Source: Ascidiella aspersa (lineage: Eukaryota). Taken from it: 64,000 bases of DNA. The stretch covers positions 22,258,001 through 22,322,000 of the forward strand of contig OZ004613.1 of assembly GCA_963924565.1 (NCBI GenBank), in the 5' to 3' direction. Shown piece by piece: positions 37,033-51,898 of this stretch. The position numbers and the translations under genes were made by a program. Position 1 is the stretch's first letter; each line of letters begins with the position of its first letter. The notes under the pieces are model-generated. The model made no database searches. It saw only the letters and a list, made by a program, of their open reading frames with translations, and was not told where the DNA came from.

Positions 37033-40000
37033 TAATTTTCATTGCCTTTTATGTATGCATTTAAAATCTTTCCATTGTGTTTTTTTAACACATTTCTATA
37101 TAACTTTGTTCTGCAATATCCCAACTGTTTACAAAATATGTCTTAAGGGGCCCATAAGCGCTACATCACAGATGATACAAGTTGTATATATGAGCGTTTC
37201 CTACCCTTGAAAAGGTATAGGTTTTCCGCCGAAATTGTAGAAAGCCACACGTTTTATACTTTCGTTTTACAGAAACTCTTTTCTGTGTGTCATGCACATT
37301 GCATTTTACGGCCTAAACGTGCTTGCAGTCAAGCGTAATAGACGCAAAGTCATAAGGTTTTTATAAAACATGTTATGAATAAAATGTTTGTTGCTTACCA
37401 AGGAGAAGTGAATCCGCGATAAATTCTTGAAGCCCCGTGAAACGAAATTTTCTTTTTCGAAATTTGGCTGTAATGTAGAAGGATATTTATGATGAAAGAC
37501 AGGACTCCATTTTAATATATCTATAGGATTTATTGTTACCGCTTATAATATATTTCAAAAGTATTTTATTTGTTGAGGTGCCTATATTTGTTAACAGTAA
37601 AAATGTCTCTAGCCTATATCTATAACTTGCAATACCAATCAAAAAGTATTTTTAATCAAATATTTGTCATAAAAAAATCACAAATTGATTCAGCTTTTGT
37701 TCACTCATGTCAGGAATTGTAGTTTGATGTGAACGCTTGAGCCTTTATTAATCGTTTTAAACTGTCAGATTAATATACAAGTGCTTGCGCCAACTTTCGT
37801 TCGCGCTTATAGGTTTCAGATTTAGTGTTTTCGAACACACTTACCGTCTCTCTGAGTAGCTTTGTTCTATTGTAACGGCTTCAATATTTGCAACAGAATT
37901 TATTTTTGCCTATCGCTGAACTATGTTACAATACAACTGAGAGCGAACGTGAAAACTAGCTGTTCTTATTGAAGCAATGCCACCGCAAAGTCAACCGCAC
38001 GGCAAACAATGTCTCTCTTTGACTGCAACCAAAACAAAAAAGTCGCCGTCCATAACGTATAACATATACCGCTATCCATTTTCCCGACTTTTCTATTGCA
38101 ATATTTTTGCCTAAATTACACTAACGCAAACAAACGCCCAAACGCCTGTATGGAAATTGATGTAAATCGGAATAGACACAAATTCTTCACTTTACATGCT
38201 AATATTTCGGTGACGCATTCTCATTTGTTCGCACCCTGAACTTATAAAATAATATAGCTGAGTTACAATACACTATAGCCAATGTAGATGGCATTCACAA
38301 AAGGTGTTACAGTCATCAAATTGAAAACAAATCGTAGTTTTTATCTTACGTTATGTATATAAATTAAAGAAAACCTGTGACAGTTTAAAACACACTAAAG
38401 AAATCAACTGTGATGACGGGGATTTTGCTAAACTAATAGAGCAGCTTCACTCACTTTTATAGATTAGTTTTCTCAGATAATGTTTTTATAAATTAGTTAA
38501 GTTGTCTGTTGAGTTTGCTTGTTTTTAGCTGTTTAGCGCATTTTGCTAAATAGCTCTTACGCCCTCTTGCGAAAAAAAGTTTATAAACATTATTTTTCCG
38601 TTCATATTTTAGCGTTTGTTTTGGCGGTTACAATTTGCGATAACGCTTCCATCTGAACGTTTCCCACTTCCAAATGGAACAGGTTAAAACTAAAAATCTC
38701 CTGGGTTATTTAAAAATTGTAATGGATCCGAACAGAAGGGTTTAGCAAAATTGAAAGACCTCCGGCTAAAAATTATAACCAAGTAACAGGTAAACAATAA
38801 ACAAGAGCACTCGTTCACTTATTTTCCATAAACGCGTGCAATTTTAAGTGCAATTTCGTTTGCTGCAAACTTATTCGAATTGCGAAAGCGACTTTGCACA
38901 CATGATATGACTCGGTCAATTTGCAGACAGGGCCCCGGATTTGTACCGCATACCTTCCGTGCCGCATACAAATCTCTTCTAGTTTAAATACAAGCAACTA
39001 AATGGTAATTGGAATCTCACCTGCGTTATTCCCGCGTGTTGTGTTTACGTTGAGGCCGACTTTCCTTGAAATTTCGAAATCGATGGATTGTTGACTTTAT
39101 CGCCGCCGTTTACTTTTTCGATTTCCAACGCAAATTTTGCCTCAACCTATCAACAAATCTCCGCGTGCTGCTGGAATGCAAAGCGAGATATTAAAGGTGT
39201 GGCCGCCGATTTATACTATACCACCAATCAGCAGTGCAAATGCGTCATGGCTTTGCTGAAAGCCGTTAGCATGCTGATGGGCGCATCTGCATTCTAGCAA
39301 ATTTTCGGGTAACTTCACGACAACGCATTAACACGCGTGCCTCGCGTGCCTCATATCAGGCCCGCGCATATAGGAGATTTATACGTCCTTAAAATAGCTC
39401 GCTTTGGGGGAGAAATTCGCGACGGCAGTCGTACGCATCACTGCATGAAGCATGTACCAAATCGCGCCCGTGTACATCGCACGAAACGCACTAAATCGTA
39501 TTCCGTGACTTGCACGACGTTAGAGAAAACATACTTTTTTACTACAAGTTGATTTTTATAGTACGCAGTGTTCGGTGCGTAACACTATAGCTGTACCCGA
39601 CAGACCTTTCACCTAAAAATCGCAGGTTAAGTGCGTCATATTTTTCGCGGCGTCATGGTGCTACGTGGCGGCCACGCAAAAGTTTTATTTTACAAAATCG
39701 TAAGCGGCGTTCTATATTAAATTCACGAACATATATAAAACCTTGATGACAGTAGATGTGTTTTTTTGCTTTGCGCTATATTCAGCTAAAGGTTATTTCT
39801 ATTGGCCGGCAGTTTTTCTACATTTGTTTTCTTGTTAAGCATCGATGATTACATAGTGTCTTTGCGACAATTTCGTGTAGTTTTACTCTAGATAAGCGCA
39901 GCCAGTACTTTCTCTGTCGCTATTGTCCTGAGACAAAGGTACCCTTCGAGGCTCTACCCACTATCCTGCGGTGTTTTGCGAGGTCTCAGCTCGGCGAAAC

Positions 40001-43000
40001 GGTTTGCTTGTTTCTTCTCTGCTCGTCTTTACACGTACCACTCACTATCTATTCGATTCCTACCTCATCGACGCGATCGGTACTAAAAACAATTTCCATA
40101 TACTGTTTCTTTGTTATTATTCAACGGACCAGTTTATGAGTAGTATGCTGAATAGCGGCGAATATTCGATCTTTCTCTATAAACCTAATTTCGACATTAT
40201 AATTTATTACTTATATGTGAACAAACGACCGCAATATATCGATTGCCCCAATAGTTCCTAAAAGCGCTGACAGCAGTACAACCTTCACGTGTAATTTCGT
40301 CTGCCAAGTTGGGTCATTTTTAGCAGAAACCCTGCTCAAGCTAATAGAAGTAGACCTGCGCCGAGATGTTGACTTAACTTCAAGGGTCGCGTCAACGGCA
40401 GACGAAAAAATCAGTTTCGATTTCGATGAAGGCCGAGTCTCGCGTTTCGTTAAGAGCGGATCTCGAAGTGTTCGAATTTCAAAAACTTCGCCAGGACGCG
40501 TATTGTGAAATCGACATCAATCCACAGCTGATAAATGTGAAAAAATACAATCTCATGACTGAAAAACACAGTTTTTAAAATAAAACAGACAAACATTACG
40601 ATATGCAAACCTTCGCAAACATTTAGAGCCACAGTAGATATAGGATTTTAAATATTACAAAAACTTTTTGTACACTGTAAAGCGTTTAATCGATAGCACT
40701 TTCTATTTGAAAATATTTTGGTATACAAAAACAATTCACCCCCAAGACGCAAAATCCTAGCCTTTTCATCGCAGTTTAAGTATAGCGGTGCACCTTTCAC
40801 CTGCTATTGCGCACTGCAGAACGTTAGTTTTATACAAGGTTCGCACACTATGATTTATGTAGGCAATGAGGTCGCGCGACAAACATACAAGAGAATCACT
40901 TTCAAAACACAACTAGTTTACAAAGCAAGTCACCGCACTGCACTGCGTTGCACTTCGTTTCCAAAGAAGCCTCGACTCTCTCGTGTTAGCGAAGCCAAAG
41001 TGAGCCATGTTACTAAGAAAGAGCGTAATCAACTGCTTTACTAATCACTCGTGATTCACAAGTTTGACCCGTTCTGCTCCCTTACCGCTCGCCAGCAAAT
41101 CCTACCACGCAAACTCCTCCTATCCTGTAGAATTGCTATCCGCGCTCTGCTCAACATATTGTCGAAACGATCTGTTTCCTATGGCAAAAGCAAAGTGACG
41201 CCGGACTTTCAGATCTCCACAAAAGTTTTGCGCTTTGCGACGTCGGACTTAGTCACTTTGAAAATAAAGAGCACATTTTTTTGGCGTTGGCGGTTTTCAG
41301 CTGCTACCGTTTTCAGCTGCACACTTGTGTACTCCACAAATGCGCCTGCATTGTTCGCCTGATATTCCTCTATTGCTCTTGCGCCAACGGCGAACAAAAG
41401 GCTTTAAACGAATACCGACTGCTGAATGAAGGTTGCAATGGCTTACGGCAAGCAACGACTATTGTCTATCGCCGTTTGTGATTCAACATTTGTCGCACCG
41501 CGTGCTGTGCCTATCTTACGGCCAAGCGTCAAACGGAAAAACATTACCACTCTTAACTGCCGCGCCGCTGTAATGCGTAATGCGGCAGCAGAAAACATAT
41601 GAATGTGGTGTCGTGGGGAAAACGAAAAAAAAACTGTTCTTTCGCCGCTCGATTTTGTTTGCACACAGCGGTGCGACTGCTGATGGGACGTTTACTTACT
41701 GGTTGGCTCGAAAGTGGAGATCCGTACTTTGTACCGCTGTTTTTTTATTCCCGAGACCGGTCGCCGCGCAAACGACAAGATTTATGACAGCGCCTCTCCC
41801 TTAAAACTGCGTTCGGGTTGCGCTGGTATTTAACCTTTAGATGCCGCCTTTGCGACCGTGAATAGGCCACCTGATTTCCACACGAATCAAAAAAACAAAA
41901 ATGCTGTCCTTAGCTAAAAAAGGTTAATAAAATGCGACACTAACATTACTAGAAGAATGTTGTTCATTTACTCACAGCTGTTGACAAAATTGGGTTTGCA
42001 AACCCCTGGGCCCCGCCGTGAAATTTAAATAGTTACCCTCAACATCGTTTGTATATATTTATTGATAAGTGTCTTTGGCTGAGTACATCCTTTTATTAAG
42101 TTTTATGAACACCGATGCATTTCATATTCTCTGTACGGTACAGGTGGTCTGTATAAGTCCTGATTTCAATGTCAGAGTAATTATTTTAGCGCGAAATTTT
42201 ATTTTTATTTTGTTTTTTGGTATTTTAAGGGGGTTCAAGCAGCGAAAGAGTTTGAGAACCACTGATTTCTCCAAGCCACTTCAATAATCCGCTCCGACTT
42301 ATTTCGACGTTCACTTCAAAATTGCGCGCGTCAGGTTGCCCGAGGTTTCCGTTTATTTCAAAATCCGCTCTATTTTCGCGGCATTGTTTACTCCAACCGC
42401 GTCACGCCGCTTTCAAACGCAAACCTGTATTAGTAAAGGACGTAAAGTCCCCGCCTATTGCGTTTTTAAGATACCTAGCAAAACCCACTCGAAATTGAAA
42501 ACAATCACAGGGGCGCGCCCCACGCCAAAGGTCGACCCCACAACAGGACGACAACCCCCCGAATCCTAGGGGGGCACGCCGCTTCCCGTTTCGACGCAAA
42601 ACGGAAATGCGTCGGCGCGCAACGCGACGTAAGGGCGAGCGTGTTGCGTCGAACTGCGATTTGTTGTGAGCGCGGCGTCGAATTAGCGCGTATTTGTTTG
42701 GAAACAAATCGATGACACAGAATGTCGTCGGGATTGTCGCGTCCGTCATCGTCACGCTTCGCCTGCGCCGGCGGGACGACATAAAAATAAACGACCCCCG
42801 AAAATAGAAGCACTTGACCGGCGTGAATATAGGTTATAACCAAGAATGCGCGCTCGGCTGTTTGCCTTTTTTAGGGCTTTAGCCGGATGTGACCTTCAGA
42901 AATGTTTTGTGTTTTTAATTGTGAAGTACCATAACTATAATATACCAGGGAAACCGTGGCGGTCAATTGTAAAGGCAAACGATTTTGCGTAGGGCGTTGG

Positions 43001-46000
43001 CCGGGATTATAAAGTTACTTCAAAACATGTTTTGTGGGGAATTTTAAGTTGGCAATTTTTAATTTTTTCACTATTTATGTGTTGATTCTAGATTTGAGTT
43101 TTTGTAAGTTCGATTTGAAGTGAATTGTTACAAATTTAATTTTAGCATCATACATCTATACATTTTCGTATCGCTATAATAGATATAGACGAAATGGACG
43201 CGGCATAATTGGCAATTTCAAATAAAGCTTTGAAATGTTAAACTTAAGTTTAAGATGTTCTTCAACCTATGAAATAAATATTTATGACTCAATCATGCAC
43301 TGAAAAAAAATTGGTCTACTCTAGACTCAACAGATTAATCAATAACGTTTAATAAAACCATACCCGAAAAAAGAGAAGTGTTTTTTTTTATATAGCAATA
43401 TAGTCATCAACTTAGATATGTTTCAAGCTGATCGTTATTTATGTTTTGCTCCAAGTCTGCTTGAAGCGCTTTAGGATGTCAACCACGGAAAGGAGTTTCG
43501 CTTCCAATTGCTGTTGTTAAAACAAAGCAAAACACGCCGAGGACCCTTTCCATTATCCATTAACTGCACGGCGGTACACGAGGACTTGCGACCTGTGTAC
43601 GCCATGCCATTGCTGTGCCCTTGTCGAATCATTGAACCAACACCGCAACGCACACGAAGGTCAAGCCCAACCGGCTAAGTTTTTTCTTTGTCAAATGCTA
43701 CTTGCCGCTTGAAAACTTGCGCGACCAGATAGCGGCTGAAAATAGGGTCTCAGAACTCTTTTTAACCCTACAGATTGTAAAGCTTTTCGAAAACTTTATA
43801 TTCAATAAAAATTTGATAAACTTGATTCTTGCCTACATACGGTTATCAACGACTTTTAATAAATGGGCCTGAATGGTGTTGCATTTGTCAGCATTTTATT
43901 GCATTGATACACAGCCTGTGAATATTGCCATCGAGGGGGCAGTTTTTACAATGATATGAGATGCTATCCTGCACAACTGAATAGCAAAAGTTAGTAACCA
44001 GCCTGAATAGTACTTTCTTATTTTGCAAGGTCAAATTATAAGGTCATTGTGGTGCTGTTTGTCATTCGGTTAACTGGAGGTACTAAAGCCTGTAATATTT
44101 AAAGCCCTGTAATTGAAAAACATGAAATATTTTTTCAGGAAGATTTAAAAACATTAAATTCTTCTCAGGAGTAATAACACTCAAGGGTGATATATTGGGT
44201 AATTGGGGCAAATTAATCAAACGAATTGAGACCCTCTGGATGTAATTTGAGTTTCGGGCGCCTTGTCGTCGTTGATAAACCTGCCTGTTTTAAACTCACG
44301 GTAGTTTGTTGACTTTCTTGCTTTGTTTCGAGTAATCGAGACACCTCAATGTTGACTGACGAGGGTCACTGACAGGTGGCATGATGTTGTAACTCTGTCG
44401 GTGATGACTGCGACACTTTATACTACTTTAAACGGGACCTGAACTTCAGCGAAAACGAAAGTACAAATTTCTTGACTGGGATATTTTGGAATTCCTGTGT
44501 CTTAAGATTTTATAGAGGTTGCGTTTGTTCCCGTGGGGCCGATGACATAATGGTCATCATATAACTTGAAAATGTACACAGTTAAAACGTATGTAAAGTT
44601 AATTGTCTTAGTTTGATATGCTTCATTTAACAGCACTAAAACACAATTTTCTCCCCTAAAGAACTATCCCGGTGTTTTTTCGTTTTTTTTAAGTGTATAT
44701 ACATGGTATAAAAGTCAAAGACTGCATACCGATTGTCATACGCAGCGGAAATTCCATGTAAATGTAATGCTGCGATGCCAGACAAACGGCGCTTATATTT
44801 CTACAAACATAACCTGACACCCACGGCCGAACTCATAAATAACATGCAGCACCACGCAGAAAAGCTAGATTGCCTCACGAAGCGCAGTAAATCGTTATTC
44901 CTCGTTAGGTTTTCGTATTATGCACAAAACAACGCTGCGGTTAAGATAACGATGTTTGTTTTCTTGACTATTGCCGTCGGGGCTGCGCTAAATATAAACC
45001 CGGCCGTTTTATCGCTTTTCAACAATACTGTGTACCAAGTATAAAACCTTTTCAATGTATTTTATCCCCTTAATAAAACAGTTAGGGCTATCGCTAAAAG
45101 TTGGTCAGATGTAGGTGAAATATGCCAAATGGAAGTTGTATACTGGGCAAAAATGTAAAAAAAAACCTAGCGAAGCGAACATTAACCTTTTTATTTATTT
45201 AGTATGGGCCTAGTCGTCGTTCGCGAGACAAAAGACATGACTGTATACACATGGAACATCGTAAACCCATATATTCGCTTTCCCGTGAGTGTTTTACCGT
45301 AAAAGCAATGGGAGGTTTTGTCGAATGCCCTTAACGCCTGTTTTAGCAAACAGGCAATTAGCTCCTAAAATATTTTCCACTTTGGTCACGTTCCACTCTT
45401 TAAAGAATACCTTGAACTTTGTTTTTTTACCACCTTGCAGTTTCGAGTCCCCACTATACTGAAACTGGCTGGCATGGCGACGCAAGATGCAATTTTTAAA
45501 ATTAAAAACATGTCGTGAGATTTCCGAAGAGAGCGATATTACCAGTGAGAAAACGACCAAAATTTTAATTTATATTAGATTCCTGATTTTTAACTAGGGA
45601 ATAAATGTTGGTAATTTATACGTAAAAAAAACAACTTCAAACAGAAGGAAATAAATTACATGCGAAAGTCCATCATTGCATTTCGAGAAACGTCATTATA
45701 TAAAGAGCAATTATAAATACCTATTGAATTTAGAGAAATAGGCATCTTAGTATTTACTAGTGATATGTGAGTCGTACTTTATATACCGAAAATAAAGAGT
45801 ACCCAGTTATGAAACTGGCGTACAAATATTTGCCCGATCAGCTTAAACAAGTTTAATAATTTTGAAACTTCATTTTCGTTAAAAAATATTGTCGGTAAAA
45901 CCAATGTCGGATTGTCAACCGAATGGCTGATTCAGCAAAAAGAAAAAAATGATTGATCTGAATGTGTGTTTTTCCAATACAGGGAAATCAGCATTGTGTC

Positions 46001-49000
46001 AGTTAGAAACACAGTTTTTGCATTGAACTTGTTTTAGCAGAACGCATAGGGCTTAAATTATACGCGTGTAAATCGAACCAAGTTTTGGTTTAACTCCAAG
46101 CGGTAAAGTCGCAACAGTCACTGGCTGATGCTTTGCTGAGAGCTGGAACCCGAAACACGAGAAGCCCTCCTATCGTCAGTCCGCATTTCGAATCCTTCCC
46201 AAAAAGTACGTACGCCTACATCATTTATCGTAAAACCAATGTGCGCCCGTCGGAGTAGCACAACAAACAAGTCGCGGCCATCGTGTGTTTGTCGCACTCA
46301 TAACCAACCGAAAACTAACATCACGTGGCGGCTGGACACTCGAAAAACAACGACGGGGCTGGCATATGAGTTAAAGCCATTGGGTTGACCGGCGATTTTA
46401 CGGCCAGCAATGGTGACGCAGCACCTAATGACAAAACCGAAAGTATACAATGGCGCGGTGCGGCCCTGCCGGCAAACAATCTGGTTAATAATTAACGCCG
46501 CGCATTGCCAGGCGAGCAAGTACACTCGCCACTGTTGGATTCGATTTTAGTTGCGGTCCTCCCTATGGGCCAGGGTCTTTTTTATGGCTCAAAGATGATG
46601 AGCTAAAATCTGAAATGGCTAAAAATATCGGATCGGTGCCGATACCCGATACCATCTCGACTGAAACTACAGGGTGTTTTTGAGGCCAATCCAATACCAA
46701 CTTATTTTGTTTAATTGATTCAAGCCCCGATCAAACGCAGTATTTTCGTTCAATGATAATACTAATTAAAGACAAAGAGAATACTAATTAAAGATAAATG
46801 TAACTAATCTTCGTGAGGGAGCTAGGTTATATAATTTTACGAATGATTAATTTTTGACTGAGATGAGAGAGAAGTGTCCGAAAATTTGAGGTATTAAAAT
46901 TGTCCACCAATCTGTTGCAACACACCAGAAACAACCAATCTGTCTGAAACAGTCCTTTCCTTAATCCCAATAAAATCCGCAAATAAGAAAAATGATGAAG
47001 TTATAATCGAGCTATAATGTGCCATATTTTTGAAATCGATAATTGAAAAACATTTGGTCCTCCACTCCCCCTTTTAGCCCTTTAGACCGCGGGTCACAGC
47101 GCTTTACGGTCGCCACTGTTTGCTGAACTATCCGCGACCTTTGCAATACTTCGGCAGCAGCCAATCGCTGGCAAAACATCGCCACGAAACTTGCTTGCCT
47201 TCTCCGGGCCTGCTCCGTTTCCCAAGTCGGGCCGTGTTTAAACAGGGCCCTTTATTTACGACCGCGGGCCGCGTTTTATGTCCATCGCTTGCTTTGTTTG
47301 TTTCGCGCTGCCTCGCAGCTCCCTTAATACCTGCGATACAGGGCAAATGCACCCTGATCCTCGGCGATTTTGTCACGTACGCACTTTACTTTTTTCCCTT
47401 TGTTTCGATACCCAGGTGGCCATGATTGCACCGGCGCCGAGAGGTAAATGCGTCCCTGCCCTTTTGCTTTCAGTAAAATTGAGCCCTAAACTATCACAAA
47501 GGGCTCTGTTGAGTTTTTATGACTCTAACGAGTTCCAAAAAAGAAGACAGTTACCGGAAAAATGTGGTACGATTTTGGGTAGAAACTCTTTATCGTCGCA
47601 CATGCTGTTGGACACAGCTATAAAATAGACACAACATAGTTTGTGTCATCCTTAATTAGGCGTTATGTTTAAATTGGGGTTGCATATAGTAGTAAAATGT
47701 TCGCTTAGCAACCAAGCATAACCATGTTTAAATACTGCAGTTAAACGGCAGCGCAAAATAAGTGTCGTTTGCCGAACAAATTCCTTACAGACCTTACTTG
47801 TCTTGTTCATAAAAAGCCAAGTTTATCTCTATTTCTCCGGACTTTAACATTGTAGATCAAAAGATTAAAGCTATAAAGACATGAACGAAATCACACTTTT
47901 CGAAGAACTTAGCAAATCTACCGTGTATTGTTTAATGTAGGCGAAGAAATCCTACACAGTGGACACGCTTCTTCTCCGACACATAGTGTGAATCACCGAT
48001 TTATAATATCGCGACAGTTTCGGAATCGAATATATCAAACAGGTAAATATACGGCGGCACACCTGTGCACTCGCGAATAAAGCATTTTGTTTATTCATTA
48101 TACTTCACAGTGAAAGGTTTTAAGGTATTTGCCTTCGTGCGTTTTCTTAGAAGGTTTTGAGAAACGTCTGACAGCAGGGATATTATACGAAAACGGTAAT
48201 TTATTACAGCAAACGTAAATACATCGAACTATTAGATGGCTGTAGGAAGTTGTTAGTCCTACTACAATTACCCAGCTTTACAGAATTCAAAATACAATAG
48301 AGTAGGTTTACAATTTTTTTAGAATTAACGATTAAACGTAGACGTTAACGACTAACCATATTTATTTACAGTATTTAGTTAAAAAATATAAGATAATCAT
48401 TAAGCAGAGTGGGTGCATTGATAAATGTTGTTGGCCATCCCCCAATTTTTAAAGCAAGAATGCATTGAGACTAACAATAACATGAGATTTACTTTAACAA
48501 TCATTCTTACAATACCACCCTCTGCGTTCCCTCTATAACCAACAATCAATCACCAGATTGTGTTACGCAACATGACCAGCGGCCTATCTCGAGTGTGCTT
48601 CAAATAGCGTTTATTGGTCTCTATTTGAATATGCATCCTGATTGTAAGCTGCTTTTATAGGTTTTGGCTTTACAACAAAACGAACGACACAGTACTGAAG
48701 AAAATAGCAATATATATATATAAAAAGTAAAATACCTAAAAGCAGATTTACGATTTGTATTATATAAGTGTTTCTTCGCAGCGCTTTAAGTAAAATCAAA
48801 AGAAACCAATCAAATACGCAAGAATTTTTGCTTAGCGATTTGCCGTCTTACTGAGAATTTCCCACAACTCCACATGTGAAAACTGTATTGCGCTCACTAA
48901 TATAAAGTAGGCTGAGCGTATGCCGTCGAACCAAGGACAACCAAACAAATAACGCTAAAAGGCGGATACGAGAACGAAAACCTTTTATAAGCCATAAAAA

Positions 49001-49741
49001 ATTACTTCGCAACCAACAAACCGAGGATGAACGAGAACTGAAAGCCAATCAAAGGTATTGGGAACGGAATACATGCAAAAATCTCTGACGTGGGTGTAAG
49101 GCTGACAGTTACGGCTCCAGAAAGTGTACAAATCTTGGGCAAACCGAAGAAAAGGGGGAAAATTACCTTAAATATAAAGGGTGTATATACGTGCGATAGG
49201 TTATTTTTGGGTTGGTAAGTCTTACTCGACGGAGAGTTTGCAACGATGTAGACACAGCATAAGGTCTGCTTTATACAGTACTGAACTATGTTTTTTAACC
49301 GTTTTTCTTTTAAAGCACTTAATTGCTGTGTTTTGCGTCCTTCTCACATAGTGCTGAATTGGACGTAGTTGGAAAATCAAAGCCCATTTTGCAGAAATAT
49401 TTTGAAAGTTTTGGATATCTATTTCGTTTTCAACTTGTTTCATTCTTAAATAAAAACAAAAACAATGTTGAAAATATAGAGAAAGATATATTCGAAACGT
49501 TGAAAAACTACTTCTATATGGGCTTTAGTATTCCTACTAACGTCTGAATTAAACTTCCGACAACTATGCTCCAAAAGCAGTTTTGCTTTGTGAATTACAC
49601 AACATCAAAACATTGGAAAGCTCTTATCAGCTAATAGACTTTTAAAGTAAAGTTTAACTCCTATAGCACGCATAAAAGTGGTTCTTAACGATGAGGGGTC
49701 GGCACCTTACGGGTTTTTGCCAAACTGTGTAGAATTTTGCC

Positions 49742-50094
49742 AACTGTGTAGAAGGCTATTCCACAAGTTTTTTTGTTGTTTTAACTAAGCAAACTCGATT
49801 TGTGTCTTATTTATACATTTAGTGTTTCCATTTTGAGCTTTTTGCAGTCTGAAGTGGCTGTGCACAACCTTGGAACTATCAACAATGGAAGAATTGAGAT
49901 TTACTAAATTACGCAATGAATCAAGTTAACGATTCCATATTCCTTGTTTCCTTCAAGTTAACCATTTTCACATACTTTTTTAGGTACTTTTATTATAACT
50001 TTTCGATGTGATTAACTCACAATGAATGACGCCGCATACTCACATTTTATAAGTATGTGGCGAAACAACTTGTGGAATAGCCTCGTACACAGTT
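49742..50094. mobile_element. MITE with 28-bp TIR (possibly Tc1/mariner-like)
   Basis: aactgtgtagaaggctattccacaagtt matches the reverse complement of aacttgtggaatagcctcgtacacagtt at 26/28; the TACGAGG core resembles mariner ends. Confidence 0.7.
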
Positions 50095-50173
50095 CGACTT
50101 ACATTTTATATCAACAAACTTAATTGTTTTATGCTTTAACCGCCTTATTCTTAAATGTTGTTAGCCTATAGAC

Positions 50174-50998
50174 CAGGGTTTCTCAACCGTGGCCCTCATC
50201 CCCCATGGGGGGCCACGGAGCGGTCATTGGGGGGACAACGGGCATAACTCTCAAGCTAGATATTGCGAAAACCAAAGTGCCACTATTTTCAAAATTTACC
50301 AGTTGACTTGATTTTGTGTTTTCATTATGACTGCAAACCTTTCTTTTGACGGTTTGTAACACATTTTTTGACACCTGCTTTGACTAGTAAGTATGGATGT
50401 TTAAAGTAGAATATTGAATCCTTTTTATTCGTTTTATCGCGGAAAGTTGCGCCTAATTGGTTGTTCGCGAGTGACAAGTTTGGTTAGAGACCTGTCGCTG
50501 TGGCAAAACAATTACTGTGCTGCTTTATACGTAGCCATGCAGTTCGGCGTCAGCGTTTTTTCGGGCGGTCAATTATTACTTGGCGATACCCTTGGCCTAA
50601 TCCAGGGGTCGGCCACGTACGGCCCGCTAGCCGCCAATAAAAATTATCCGGCCAGCCGCCTCTTTGACAAACTAGACACGAGTCCATTTCAAATACTTTT
50701 TGACTATTTTAACTACCTAAGTGCGAAAAGTTTTCGCGCTTCGCGCGAATGATCTTTGTACATCTGTTTATTTTACGTTTGGATGCTGTCTTTTCAACTA
50801 AATCAACGCTTATTTACCGTTGCGTCGTGGAAGGCTGCCAACTGCGTCACGGACAAGCTGTATTTGTTATTAACGTAAAGAAGTAAAACAAAAGAAAATA
50901 CTTTAAACACAATGCTTGGTATTTTTATAAGCAGGGGGGCACCAGGGTCGAGAGCCTTTCAAAGGGGGCCACGAAGCATAAAAGGTTGAGAACCACTG
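50174..50998. mobile_element. hAT (Charlie-type) non-autonomous element
   Basis: TIR cagggtttctcaacc/ggttgagaaccactg; perfect TSD ctatagac; subterminal gggggccacg repeats. Confidence 0.9.
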
Positions 50999-51270
50999 CT
51001 ATAGACCGACTTTTAATTGCCCAAAAAACAGGTCTGTCCCTGTTTAACAGTTGCTACAATAAAATATTAACAACTACAGGTTTTTAAATCAAAATTATGA
51101 GTTAAAAGCATTGCCGAGCACTTTATGAGCTTGGCTTTGACCAGCCGTATGGAGAAAGGTTACCGACTCCTGTTATACATCGTTCACAATTATGATTAAC
51201 AGTATAAGGCTAAGAAAAAGCCTAATCAGTATCGATAACCAAATGAAAAGTTTCCAGGGTCGGTTGAACT

Positions 51271-51357
51271 GGAAGTGAAACTATAGAAGAGGCCCGCGCC
51301 ACCACTTGTGGTATACTTGTGGGAAAATCCGCCCGAGAATGTGCAGAAACCGAAACC
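51271..51357 (+). promoter_or_regulatory. Candidate immune enhancer: Ets-IRF composite element + kB-like site + ISRE
   Basis: GGAAGTGAAACT (51271-51282), GGGAAAATCC (51321-51330) and GAAACCGAAACC (51346-51357) lie within 87 bp. Confidence 0.5.
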
Positions 51358-51898
51358 GCATTTTATGGGAATAACGACGCAGTATAGCAAAACACCATGA
51401 AGAGAAAAGGAGTTCGTTTTGCTTCTACCTTAATCATATATTTAAATAGTGTTTGGTACAGGCTCTAATAAAAATTAGACAAACCTATTTTGTTTGAAAC
51501 GCTATTGGAGTGTTTCACTTTCTTAAATTTATGTAACTTTCTAACATTCGGAGAGAAAAGAAAAACATGATTAATGAGTTAGCCTTTATATTTGTTGGAT
51601 ATGATTAACGGCGGGTTGATAACAAACTGGGAAGGGGAAGTAACTTGAGAAAAGAGAGTTTCGACGCACACTTCATCTTTTAACAGGTGGCCTACATAAT
51701 GGTTACTAATACATATTCGTTCTGCGCAAGTATTGTGCTTCAAATAACCATTTTTAGGTTAGCACTGCTTATAGCCGTGTAGGCCTACTGATATAAATAA
51801 AAACACGATGCACATAGAAATACATGACATCAGTTTTGTACGACAAATTGTGCTGTAGTTAACGACGCCACCGGTTACCTAACAACACAAGTTGTGTG

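Noticed and set aside
41990-42264. Possible hAT MITE ending gtttgagaaccactg
   Set aside because: Only the right TIR is clear; left end and TSD are degraded
48617-48635. Partial match (tctatttgaata) to the ascidian spliced-leader sequence as I recall it; similar at ~40702
   Set aside because: Incomplete, not followed by a GT donor or Sm site; AT-rich chance match
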